64,000 bases of DNA, taken from contig NC_090413.1 of the NCBI RefSeq assembly GCF_036365525.1, forward strand, positions 26,612,262 through 26,676,261, given 5' to 3'. Shown here piece by piece: positions 49,697-62,475 of this stretch. Source of the DNA: Heterodontus francisci. Its lineage: Eukaryota. The position numbers and the translations under genes are program-made. The notes under the pieces were generated by a model. The model saw only the letters and a program-made list of their open reading frames with translations, was not told the origin of the DNA and ran no database searches. The number at the start of each line of letters is the position of its first letter. Position 1 is the first letter of the stretch.

Positions 49697-50601
49697 TGTT
49701 ATGACCAGGTGAGACAGGGTCTAGGGGTTCCCTTTCAGCCTTTGCCTGGTTTAACAGTACAGGGTTTAATTTTTAAAAACATGGTGTTTAAGCTCCCCCT
49801 TAGTGAATCCCTGTTCACCGCTTTCCAAATGTAAGACAAAGAAATCAGTTCACACAGGTTTTCTTCGATTTTCAACAGGAAAGGTGGAAGTTTATTAATC
49901 TTAAACTCTAATCTGGTTACCGACTACAAATATGTGACATGACCACGCTAGCATGCATACGTGATAAACACACACGCAGATAGAGACAGAAAAGTAGAAA
50001 ACAATAAAGGGGAAAAGTTTGAGGCAATAGATGGGTTTATGTTTTACTGTCCTCTGGTTGCTGGTCAGATTTGCAAATTCGTTGGGGCCCAGTGCACACT
50101 TGAACTTGTTTCGACGTCAGAGTTTTTTCTATCTTGAAGGTTACATGTCTTCTGTGGGTCCAATGGCTTGTGACTAGCTGGTTTGGCCACTTCTGTTTGT
50201 GGATTCTGCCATCTTAGCAGTCATCCTGGAATGTGAGCTGCCTCACCTTCAATGTCTGCTGATCAAAGTCCATTGTGGGTTAAGTGGACTAGGGAATAGT
50301 CCTTTGTCTCCACAAGCACTGTCTGTTAGTATGCAAATGTCCTTCCGCCCAAGTGTCTGGTGATTTTTTTAACAAGTCCTTTCTTCACTCCAGCAATAGT
50401 TTAAAATCAATATGTCTGGCAGCATCTGTGTAGAAATCTCTCCACAGATGGTGCCAGATCTGCTGAGTATTTCCAGCATTTCTTGTTTTTATTTCAGATT
50501 TCCAGCATCTGCAGTATTTTGCTTTTATTTTAGTTTAAAATCAATGTTCATATGATAAAATTAATATGCCTCATTCTTGGCAGATGGGGGTCTGCACGAT
50601 A
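49697..50601. mobile_element. Second solo LTR of the 43439 family, carrying a Penelope fragment (50412-50530, 15-bp TSD)
   Basis: TGTTATGACCAGGTGAGA start and colinear similarity through CCTCATTCTTGGCAG; TAGTTTAAAATCAAT duplicated at 50397-50411 and 50531-50545. Confidence 0.85.
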
Positions 50602-50736
50602 GTTTACCTGGTCTAAGTATTGCTGGTTGAGTTGTATCACCGGGAGTTGTATTGCCAATGTTGGTTGCATTTTTCTACATAGCTTCTTCTGTCCTTCAGA
50701 ATTGCTTCTTTACTGTCCCATTCTATTGTTGTACAG

Positions 50737-50892
50737 TTACTTCCTGTGCTTCAAGGAGGCAAGTCAAGTGATGGAAAACAGCCAGGCTGGCTCCAAAAGT
50801 ACAACTGCCACTGCTAAAAGCAGGCGCCTGTGGTCTATTGGTCGCTGGATTCAGGTAGAACCAGCTCCAGGGGAGCCAGATCTCCTTTGCTG
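50737..50892 (+). CDS. C19orf67: C19orf67 coding exon 5
   Basis: YYFLCFKE...RRLWSIGRWIQVEPAPGEPDLLCW (family motifs YYFLC and LWSIGRW); gtacag| and TG|gtaact. Confidence 0.9.
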
Positions 50893-51260
50893 GTAACTGC
50901 TGCCAATATTGAGCTTTATACTGCATAGATTTACATAGAACGTACAGCACAGAAACAAGCCATTCAGCTCAACTGGCCTATGCTGGTGTTTATGCTACAC
51001 CCACCTCCTCCATCTCACCCCATCAACATATCCTTTCACCCTCATGATTATCTTCTGCTAAATGCATCTATCTTGAACTTGTACTTTTCAGCAGGGGCAC
51101 ACCAGATAGCGAAGATATTTGCCATGTCCAATCCCATTCATCAGACATGCTCTCTGACTTCCTACAAAAGAACATTTCTTTAATCAAATATCAGTTCCCA
51201 AAGTGGTGGTATAAGGCACTTTGGTTACGTGGTTATACCAATGGAAATATGGTCGTAGCT

Positions 51261-51409
51261 TGTAGGTAGGTGGTAGGAGAATTGAGGGAAGGTGGGGATG
51301 TGAGAGGGAAATAATGGGATTAATGTAGGATTAGTATAAATGGGTGGTTGATGGTCGGCGCAGACTCGGTGGGCCGAAGGGCCCGTTTCGGTGCTGTATC
51401 TCTATGACA
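51261..51409 (+). mobile_element. HE1-type SINE 3' half
   Basis: GTAGGTAGGTGGTAGGAGA...GGCCGAAGGGCCCGTTTCGGTGCTGTATCTCTATGAC. Confidence 0.8.
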
Positions 51410-51984
51410 TAGATCTTTATTGGATAAGGTAATGCTATAAGTACAGGGCCTGGAGACACTCCAAAATAAACCCTCTACAGCCATCATATTCTCAGCTAAG
51501 TGTACTTTTCTATCACTGAAACCTTAAATCACTTCCATACATACCTCATGGCCTTTACACAGCTTGACTGGCACTAATGCCAGAGAGGAAATCAGCAAAG
51601 TTAAGGAGATATAATTTTGTGTGTGTGCTCCAGCTAGAGCTAGATACAAGATAGAGGGGAAGAGGAAAGAGAGGGGCATTGACATATAGCAGATTAACAA
51701 ACCTTGTTTCTGAATCACATATTGCAGTGATCTACCCTAGACATTGCATTTTAACACACATTTTATCCATCTGCAGCTTTCCCTTCACTTCTCTTCTCCC
51801 CTGCCCAAAAATAAAGGAAAGCACACCTGGATATTTAACGTGAGTTGCTTTGTAGAACTGAATTGTCTTTTAGGGCTGTGCTTGTGCTGGGTGAAGGACG
51901 AGAAGGAAGAATTCAGAACTGTACCAATAAAGTAATAGCTTGCAAGAATTGTTCAAAACTGCAAATGGCAACTTAAATTACTGA

Positions 51985-52300
51985 TCCCACAATGGGAGCC
52001 GCAGGGGCTGCTACTCAACCTCTGGCTGCACTTCAGTCCCATGCACGTGATCTTTGACTGCCTAAGAGGGATGGGGAAGGGCAGGTCAGAGGACCTCGTG
52101 GGTCTGCTCCTGGACCTGACCAAGGTGGCCATCCACAGGGCCAAGTTGGATGTGGCTCATTGGGGTAAAGGAGGTGGTCCCTCTGGCTGCCCGCTTCTCT
52201 TCCCTGATTCTGGTCCTGGGTGGCCCTGGAGGGGGAGCATATGGTGTCTGCTGGTAGGCTTAAGACCATCTGTGGTGGATGCAGAAAATATTTAAGTTAG
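51985..52300 (+). mobile_element. Tx1/L1-like non-LTR fragment
   Basis: EDLVGLLLDLTKVAIHRA resembles the Tx1-type ORF2 C-terminal LLLGLAKLAIHRSR motif. Confidence 0.5.
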
Positions 52301-52463
52301 TAGTTTCCTTTGTTTTTGTTTGGGTTTTTTTAAATTGGTCATGTCCCTTTTAAAACAGGTGGTACTTTTTGTTAAGTTTAATAGTTTGATTTTATCTTTA
52401 TTTAAAAAAAATCACATGGGCCTCTGGTGCTATATCTGATGGGAAAACTTTAGTCCATAATAG

Positions 52464-52823
<360 letters not shown>

Positions 52824-55800
52824 CCCGTTCTCGCAGTAGAGGTTCCAGTCCAAATATATCCACAGCCGATTTCCTAGGAACAGCTGTTGACTCAGTGAGT
52901 GGCAGTGGAATACAGGACACCCATTTATCTTGACGCACCCTCATACCAACTTCCACAACAGAGCAGAGTTGTGTTTATGCACTTTTTCACAAGGTCACAT
53001 TTCAAAGAATTAAACTGTTTATTCTGACCAATTTATTGCGTAGAGAAATTGATGTATTAAAAGTGGTAATATTTCTGCTTGGTGGGGAAGTGTTTGCAAA
53101 TGGGCTTTTAAATTCATAGCCTATTATGGTGCAGAGGGAGTGGTAGTTCTTTCAGAAGCTGACGACTGATCAGAGTATTACTCGTGATCGATGTGTTGGA
53201 GTAAAAGCAAAGTATCCTGAAAACTCATAATATGCCTGAGCTGCAGCAGCAAGGGTAGAACGTGCGTACAGAGACTTGTCTTACCATAGAAACGTTATAA
53301 CTAAGTTCAGCATTTTTTGAGGGCATGATGTTCTCCACTACTAGCTTAACATTTTGTAAAATTCCTCAGAATGGATAAGGATTTAACTCCAGGCACAAGT
53401 GGCAGGTTATGGGCAGAGGCAGCTCACACAGGTAGCCCGGTACATTGAATTAAAAGGTAACCTGGCATTGTGCACTTCAGCCAGAGTAATGTGCAAAAAT
53501 TAGCAAGTGACCAGAAGTAAATTGATGCTGGCATCAGCCCATTCATATTCGGTTTTTTTGAAAACATGTGAGGCTTACTGGTGGGGCTTTAAGAGCAAAG
53601 TCAAACTGATTAGGAATAATTTGACAACACAGTTTTTTGACAATTTTTTTTTATTTTCATTACACCTTCACAAAATCATGCAAGGGAAGCCCCACGTCAT
53701 TTGTAAAGGATAGAAACAGATCAGCACAAAAGGCTAATTAAAAGTGGAATGAAGTCTTTTCACACTAAAGTTAAGCGGTTCTTTGCAATGACTTAATTTC
53801 TTTTAAAAATTCTCACTTTCTGGGTGTTTGAACAATAACTTTTACATCAGCTTTAAGTTCTATGTATTGCACGCTGATCAACTTTTTTGCCAAGGCGTAC
53901 GAGTACATGCTGGACTTTGTACTTATGTGGAGGTAGCTTTCCACACGAAGGAAAAGGTAGCATGTGAGCTCCAACATGCAAGAATAGGCTGAGATCTACA
54001 AAGTTTCAGTGGACAACTGCTGTTCTTTGCACTTTTTATTTTGGAAAGTTGGTGCAAAGAAACTAAGCACTATGTGTCTAGGCTTTTTAGCCATTTGAGG
54101 GAGATGCTAAGCTAGAATTTAAGTTTGTGGGGGGGGGGGGGGGGGGTGGTGCTCAATCGAGATGGTGAATAATTTAACCCTTGTTGCACTCGAGAAAGTA
54201 GCAATAGCTTCAGCTCAAGGACTGCTGTGGCTGAAAGAAAACCTAATATTGTTAGGGATTTCCAGCATCATGATAGAGATAAAGGTTGCAGGGGTAACAA
54301 GAGGCAAGAGTAGGGGATTGGGAAAAGAGGAAAGTTTGGACTAGGGTGCAAGTTCAGTTTAATAGTTGAACAGGATATGAAAATAATAAGAGTTTGGGCT
54401 CAACCATTTATAGCCAGCTATTGAAGGCAAAATTTGTGCAAAAGACTGGGTAGCTGCCAACAGATTTCCTCTATAGTGTGGATCATAACCCCTGTTATTT
54501 GAACATGCAATACCTAAACTCTCCTCTGGCCAGGAGGATGAATTGGAGCTTAGAAAAATAAGCTGAATGTACTGTTTGTGTAATCATTTTGTAAATTTAT
54601 AGTTGGTTTGTGACAAAATTCAATGATTCCACTATAGCAACTGGTAGTTTATTAATTGAAGGATGAAATTCTGCTGCAAGTGAATAGGATAAACTTGTTT
54701 GGGATTTGACAAGTTTGTAGAAATTGTAAACTACATCTGTGGTTCCTACTCTGAGCATCCAGGACATGTGGAAATCACTTCCATACACACGACCCTTATA
54801 CCCATTACTAACCAGACATTACTAGAATGTTGATGGCAGAGACATTTAGCCAAACTATTGTACCCAGAAACATTATTATAAACCAAAAGAATTACATGTT
54901 AATATGGTCTTGGTTAACAGTTCCTTTATCTGCAGGTTCCATGCCAGTTCAACAAGGTGTGGGGGGGGGGGGGGGGGTGGGGGGGAGAATTGATAATATA
55001 CCACTTTAAAAGCATCATATAAAAGGGCATTAGAAATTTAACACTCAAAATAACTTGGTAGCAACTAGGAGACAATTGGAAAAGTCAGAACTGAGGGGGA
55101 GGTTGGTATTAGACAGGGATGTTATGGGATATAGAACCAAGATGGTTAGATGAGTTAAGATACTGATCAGCCACAACAAAATGGCCTTTGCCTTTCCTTT
55201 TTCAACTTTTGGGCAAAAATGAGTCAGTCATGTCATCCAGCACCCATCTTTCCAAGTGCTGCCTTCAACTGGGAGGCAGGAAAGTATAGTAGTGGACTGT
55301 AGAGAATTAGTATGCAGTATTGTTTGGTGTGGCTGGTGAGCAAACAATTAGTAGCACTTTCTCACTCTTACCAGGAGATGAAAAAGCTATGGATATACTA
55401 AAAGCACAAATGAAGTTTGGGTTCTTTACATCAGCCAAGCCTTTATATTAGGTATGTTGCTGACTGATTTTCATTAGTCTATGAAACTCAGCATTTGATT
55501 CAGAGACTTGAAAAAAAAAAGCTTAGAATCACTCATGCAAAGACATTAATTCAGCACAATCTCAACTGTGCTGGCTTATCAAGTGAAAAAGTGTCAAATT
55601 CTTTGACCTTAAAATCTGTTGCTGCCAGCTATAGCAGAATTTGTTGTGGCCATAAAATGGTTTAACAGTTCCATCAGATATATCCTGTCTGCTTCAGGTC
55701 TTAAACAGGCAACAGGATTCCATGTTTAGAATTGAGTGTCTGAAATTAGCAATACACTTTTTTTTTCACACAAAAACCCATTCAGCAGTCAAATAAAGTT

Positions 55801-56269
55801 AAATTCAAATTAACTGGCTATCTAATGTAAACAAATCCATCTCCAGAATTAAGTTAGTTAAGCATTGTACAGCCTTAATCTTGATAACTTATACAGCAAC
55901 ACATTTCTGTACAGCTTTTCCACATTTCTGGCAAAATAGCAGATATGATCTTTACGTAGTCAGATGGGACATTGAAACATCTGCCAGAAATTTAAAACTA
56001 AATCTGCTTCAGTGTTATAGAAAAAAAAATCAACCCAGCAGCAAAAAAATGACATTTAGGTTAGTGTGTCATCTTCATGTAGTCATGTACACTCAGACAG
56101 TCTACACCAGCCCAGTACACAGTGTCCCATGGAAATTCTTGTGATTACCCAATTGAATACATAATGGTCAAGAATATAGTTAATTTCTTCAGCCCAAGCA
56201 GTTAGTAGGAACATTTTAGAGTGAAAACCCCAGTTCACTTCATTAAATGGCATCACACTTAAAGCATGT

Positions 56270-58262
56270 TTCCAAATCTGCAGACAAGGGTGGTGCTGTT
56301 ATCTGGCATACCGACCTCTACCGTGCAGAGGCTGTGCACCAACTCAGTCACTTCTTCCTACCTCCCCAGAGGATGACCCCACCACCGAACATCAAGCTAC
56401 TGTCTGCTGACATCTCCTCCAGAGATCTTCCCTCTACAGCTTCCAACCTCAGTCCCGTAACCCCAGACAGCCCGCTTCTACCTACTTACCAAAATCCACA
56501 AATAGGACTGTCCTGGCAGAACCGTTGTTTCAACCGGTTACTGGCCTTCCGAACTTATCTTGACTATCTTGACTATCTTTTCTCGGCTAGTCCAGTCTCT
56601 CCCCACCTACATCTGTGACTCAACACCCTATGTCATTTTGACAATTTCCAGTTTCCTGGCCCTAACCACCTCCTTCACTATGGACGTCCAATCCCTCTAT
56701 ACCTCCATCCACAACCAGGACAGTTTGTGGTTTCTCCACTTCTTCCTTGGAGAGGCCCAACTAGTCCCCATCCACCACCACCCTCCTCCACCTGACTGAA
56801 CTTGTCCTCATTGAAGACTTCAACTCCACTCACTTCCTTCAAGTGAGAGGTGTTGCTATGGGTACCCGCACACATCCTAGTTATACTTGTCTTTTTGTGG
56901 GATAAGTTGAACATTCCTTGTTCCAGTCCTACTCAGGCCCCCTCCAAATATTTCTGGTACATTGATGACTAGTTTTCCAGTTCAGGGCAGGAAACAATCA
57001 ATTTTGCTTCCAATTTCCAGCCTTCTCATCTTTACATGGTCTATTTCCAACACTTCCCTTCTTTGACTTCAGTCTCCATCTCTGGGGATATTCTGTCCAC
57101 TAATATTCAATTTCAGCCTACCAGCTCCCACAGCTACCTCGACTACACTTCTTCACACCCTGCCTCCTGTAAGGATTCCATTCCATTCTCCTAGTTTCTC
57201 TGTTGCCAACACATCTGCTCTGATGATGCAACCTTCCACAACAGCACCTCCCATATGTCTTCCTTTTTCCTTAACAGAGGATTCTTCCCACTGTGGTTAA
57301 CAGGGCCCTCAACTGTGTCCAGCCTATTTCCCACATCTCTACCCTCCCAGGACAGGTTTCCTCTTGTCCTCACTTTCCACCCCACCAGCCTCCACATCCA
57401 GAGGACCATCCTCTGCCATTTCCACCACCTCCAGCATGATGCTAGACACATCTTCCCCTCCCATCAGCATTTCGAAGGGATCGTTCCCTCTACGACACCC
57501 TGGTCCACTCTATTTCCGCCCCCCTCACAAAAACACCTCGTCCCCTTCCCATGCAAATCACAGGTGGTGTAATACTGCCCTTTTACCTCCTCTCCTCACT
57601 ATCCAAGGCTTCAAAACACTTTCAGGTGAAGCAGTGATTTACTTGTACTTTCAATGTCGTATACTGTATTCGTTATTCACAATGTGGTCGTCTCTAAACT
57701 AGGGAGACCAAATGCAGATTGGGTGACCACTTTGTGGAACACCTCCACTCAGTCCAAAAGTATGACCCCCCAGCTTCTGGTTGCTGGCCATTTCAACACC
57801 CTGCAGCATGCTCACATCTCTGTCCTGGGATTGCTGCAGTGTTCCAGTGATCAATACAAGCTCGAGGAACAGCATCTCATTTACCGATTAGGCACACTAC
57901 AGCCTGCCGGACTGAACATAGTGAATTCACTAACTTCAAAGCATGACTGGCCTTTAAAATTTTATTTTTTAACCATGTATCTGTTTTTCATAGTCAGAGC
58001 TGATTATTCCATTGTTAACACTCTCTGGACTAATGCTCTTTCACCACAAGCATTGACACACACTTTGCCTCAGGACAGCTTTATTTAATCTCCCTCTGCC
58101 CTATCAAACACCTTCCCAGTTCTCTCCCCCCACTTGCTCAAAATCTAAAATTCTTTTCTAACCTTTGCCAGTTCTGATGAAAGGTCATGGACCCAAAACG
58201 TTAACTCTGCTTCTCTGCAGATGCTGCCAGACCCAGAGTATTTCCAGCACTTTGTTCTCTTT
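56270..58262 (+). mobile_element. Decayed Penelope-like retroelement (RT plus GIY-YIG-type endonuclease region) with 3' pLTR
   Basis: ADKGGAV, MDVQSLYTSI, GVAMGT, YIDD and KLEEQHLIYRLGTLQPAGLN motifs across frameshifts; 3' end with GTTCTGATGAAAGGTCATGGACCCAAAACGTTAACTC hammerhead-like motif. Confidence 0.88.
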
Positions 58263-60056
58263 CAATACTGAATATGGATTTAAACCAGTAAATAGAATCT
58301 TAATATGCAAGCCAAGGAAGAGAATGCGAAAGCCTGGATATTTAGTGACAGCAAATTGGCAAAAATCAGGATATGGACCAAAAAAACACTGGGAAAGCCA
58401 ACCTTTAGTGCTCAGCCCTAGTTACCTCCAATAACATGACAGTGGATCACCATGAATTTATTTAACGGATGCATGTTGGATTATGTACTACACTGCCTCA
58501 GAACAGCGAAGAACACTTTCATCTGATTAACCGGTTTATGGATACAGGAGACGACGTGTACTCCAGATCCAGAGTTAAAATATTAGTAGAGCAACAGCTA
58601 ATTTTGGGAAATGCCTATATAGTGTGCAGTTTGAGTACATTGAACTCCAGCATACTTTCAAGTGAAATACCATTTAAAGAAATAGGTTTACCATATCTGG
58701 TAGTCATTGATAAGCTCATTGCAGGCACAAATTGGGAGTGATAGACATGTTAATGTCCAATTTGGAGTTACCTGTTCAACATATGGCCCATCCTAACACT
58801 TATTCAGATTTAAAATAGAATGACTGGTGTGCACAAGCCAGCATCTGCAGGTAAGGGACATTCTGCAGTAGTTTACTAGTAACAAGTCAATCTATATAGT
58901 TAAGCAGCTGTAGACTAGTCAAGGACAATGGAAATTTTGACAGTTTAGATGAGATTTACCTGCAGCATTCTTACTTGCAAGTGCAAGGCTATGTAAAAGG
59001 TTGATTTATAAACAGGTTCCCTGCATATTTGTATAATTCACTACAAAGGACACTTTAAAATTTACTTGCTTATCCAGTGGCATCTCCTTGAAGAAAAAAA
59101 ACTTCCACGTCAAGTTGGAGATGTGCACCAAAACACCTGTGGAATATTTCTCCAGGCAAACATCTTTATTTGTGGACACCTCACTAGACTAATCAAGGAG
59201 ATTTATACACAAGTCAATGTTATGGCTTCCAAAATGTTCGCATGTAAAAAAAAACACAGCACCAACCTATTCAAAGTTGAAGTTTGCACTTGTAACCAAA
59301 GCAGATACAATTCCACCTTGAAGTAACTAGAGCTCTCTGCTCCCCTTTTAAGCTAGGTGCACAGCTAGAAGCCAAAACTTTCAAATAGCTAGATGCTATT
59401 AACTAATTATGTACACAGGCTTGGATCGCCATGTCAACTTGGACCTTGTTCAAAAAATAAAATCATTGGTCAGATTCTGTAAAAACTGTTTTTAAACCAG
59501 CATTCAAATGATTATACACCCCCCAACTCAAGATTCAGATCAAACAGACCACCCAAAATGGGACACTGAGCAGAAGTTGCAAGAGGGCAGCTTTGAAAAA
59601 TCTGTTCATAGGTAAACTCTGGCCAGTTTCTAAAATAAAACCTGGCCAAACTGGCACAAGAGGCAGACAAGTATAGAACACTTCAAATTTCAGGGAATAT
59701 ACAAAGTTCTTGTCAGATTAAGTATCCAGATAAAAACTTTTGGATTGTGAACAGCTCTTAAGCTACTTGAATGCATTCAAACAGATCAGACTTTTTTAAA
59801 AAATGCAAGGAAGCAAATTTGTTGTTATCTGATCTTGAACCTGGAAGTTGAAGTTATGACAACATATTGGGGAGGAATAGAAATATCTTCACACCTCAGT
59901 CTTTAAAAGGCTCATCATTGACAGTATGGCCATCTTAAAGTTTGCAAATCTGTGCAAAAGCCACTAGAAAGTGTGGCATCCCAACTCGGACTTCAATATT
60001 TAATTGGCCACCTGATCCAACTGCCATTTCAGGCAAGAGTGTGCAAGCCATGTGCT

Positions 60057-60529
60057 TTAATGATGAGTCTCTAACTCTACCACTGTCCATTCCCCTTGTG
60101 AAGAGGAGATATCTTCAGGTGAAAAGCTGGTTACAGATGTGATACTGGCTGTGGAGTCATCTAGTGGCGATATAAGATCTGTCCATTTACTCAGCTCTGC
60201 TTTGTCAACCATTACCTTGCTTTGCAATTTGACCCCATCTCCAGAAAGTAGCAATGTCTGGTTGATCAATTGCTGCACCACTTCCACTGGTTCAATCTGT
60301 AGAGTCAAGACCTTGTTGCTGGGATCTTCAATGAGTTCAAGACATTGCCAGTCTGGTTTCTGCAGTTCCCCTTTTTCAAAGTCATCTTCCAACCTAGTCT
60401 CCTCTGCTGTTTCTACTTCATAGATGGTTGAAAGGATAGGAGGTAGCAGCGGTGTCATCCAGGGTACACAAGCATGTGTCTGTAGTGTTTTATCGCCCTC
60501 ACTCAAGATGCCTGCAACAGTTGACAGCA
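60057..60529 (-). CDS. PRR36: DUF4596-domain protein (PRR36 / KIAA1107-BTBD8 family), last coding exon
   Basis: Ends ELSKWTDLISPLDDSTASITSVTSFSPEDISSSQGEWTVVELETHH*, the DUF4596 C-terminus. PRR36 is preferred over BTBD8 from the ASITSVTSFSP motif and 19p13-type neighbours. Acceptor ttcaag|TG (phase 1) is inferred. Confidence 0.65.
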
Positions 60530-62475
60530 CTTGAAGATTTGGAAAAAAGTTCAAGAAGCAAAAACCCCATTTTTGCATGCATATCTACAACTAATACTGG
60601 ATGGAATTGTTTGCAGAGTAAATGTGAACACAAGATAGTTTGAGCACAAGTATGTTTCTAATGATTTTCATTTTCCCCAGAAACACTTGTCTATCAATTT
60701 AGAGCAGGCCCAAACTAAACAAGGGCACAAAAGGGAAAGTGATTTGAAACTGCAGGTAAAATTTCATCTATATATTTTTCAATTTCGGTTGTTTCAAGTG
60801 ATAAGTTGGCAGACAAACTGCCAACTTAATTAAAATGGGAACACCAAGAGTATCCATTGCGTGTCTTCAGGAGTCAGTTAAGTATACACCGACAAGCCTT
60901 GCAGGCCATATTTTAAGCTTCAATAGTCCCATTAATTCACATCCATTTTATCTTTGTTCAGTTTAGGATGTACGCAGTAATAAGACATGCGACACAGCCC
61001 CAAGCAGACAATGAAATGGGACAAGCTACAAATACAAGTGAAAATAGAACATTTGTCTGGGTTGGATGGCCAGAGCTTATGGGCTGAAATTTGGACACTC
61101 CTGCATGTTCATTTCTCAACCCATTAACTGCCAGTGGCTTTGCTTGCTGACAGTTTCCAATCTAACAGTGTCAATGTAGCAGTGTCATGAATGTTCTGCG
61201 GTTGATAGTCACTGCTGCAAAACATTAACAGGTGATTTGCTTTTAAAAAGTCCAGGCTCCAGGTCAATAGCGAGATGTGACATTTGGTGCAGGACAGACA
61301 TTAGACAAGACAGATCTATCCCAGATGGACCGTTAAACAGACCACCTCCATTACAATAGTAATTTGTAGACATAACAGCAGAGTATTTCATTTGACCTGG
61401 TAAGTGTATTACTGCCACACTAGCTGCAGAGACTGCTAACTACCTCTTAAAACCCTCAGCTGGTCAATATTGCAATGTGGTAATCTAGAGAGATTATGTG
61501 GAAGGAAAGAAAAGCACTTGGCTGTTCCCAACTAGGAACTCAGCATGCAGACCACAAATGCAAACCACACTACCCAGTACCCCATAAGCCCCAATCCAGA
61601 ATATTCCAGAAGAACACTGCTGTACTTTGATGCCAATTCCATGTAAACTTAGGACCACCCACCTGATCAATTCCTGCAATTTAAAAAAAAAAGAGAAACA
61701 AAGGATAAAAATGCCCTAGTGTCAAATCCTGCCCAGTGTTTAAAAAATGATGAAAAGCACCAATGTGCTGCAGCAGTAGCTTTCCCAAGGACAGCTATAA
61801 GAAAAAGCAATACTTGTTTTTTTTTTAAAAAAAGGGTTATGTTACAAAACGCATTGTCCATTGCTCTTTGAAAGGCTGCATTTTATCCACACTAAATTCA
61901 CAAAAAAGGGCCAGATCTCAAATCAGTTCAAATCCAAGATTTATTATAAGTGACAGCTCATATCAGCAGCTAGTGTTACACATTTAGAGAAACGCTAATC
62001 GTCATTTCAGCCACTTCCTTCAATTCCACACAGAAATATGTTGGGGTTGACTTGGAAAGGGGGGGTGAAAAAGGGGGCTGAAGACACAAAATTGCACCTA
62101 CCCAGCATCCTACTGCAAGGTACTATAGTGATCTAAAAGAAAACCTTGTATGATATGGGCAGTTCCAAAACATTCCACACAACTTTATTAGTCAAATGTC
62201 AAACCAAAAAAAAAAAAGAGGATTTACATATTCTAGTTGCTTTCTGCAAGTTCATTAAGAATCTAGCAGCACAGATACAAAAAAAAAAGTTACTGAATTG
62301 GGTAAAAAAATTCATAGGCATGCAATCTATATCAGTGCAGGATAGTTTTGCTCCACAGTCCAAGCCATAGGCTCATGTATCCACTATTAACATCTATTGC
62401 ACTTGGACTTCACCCTCAAGACTTGGTGTGCTTACTTTTAAACAATTAGTATTTTAGCCAAGCTCTATACATTAC

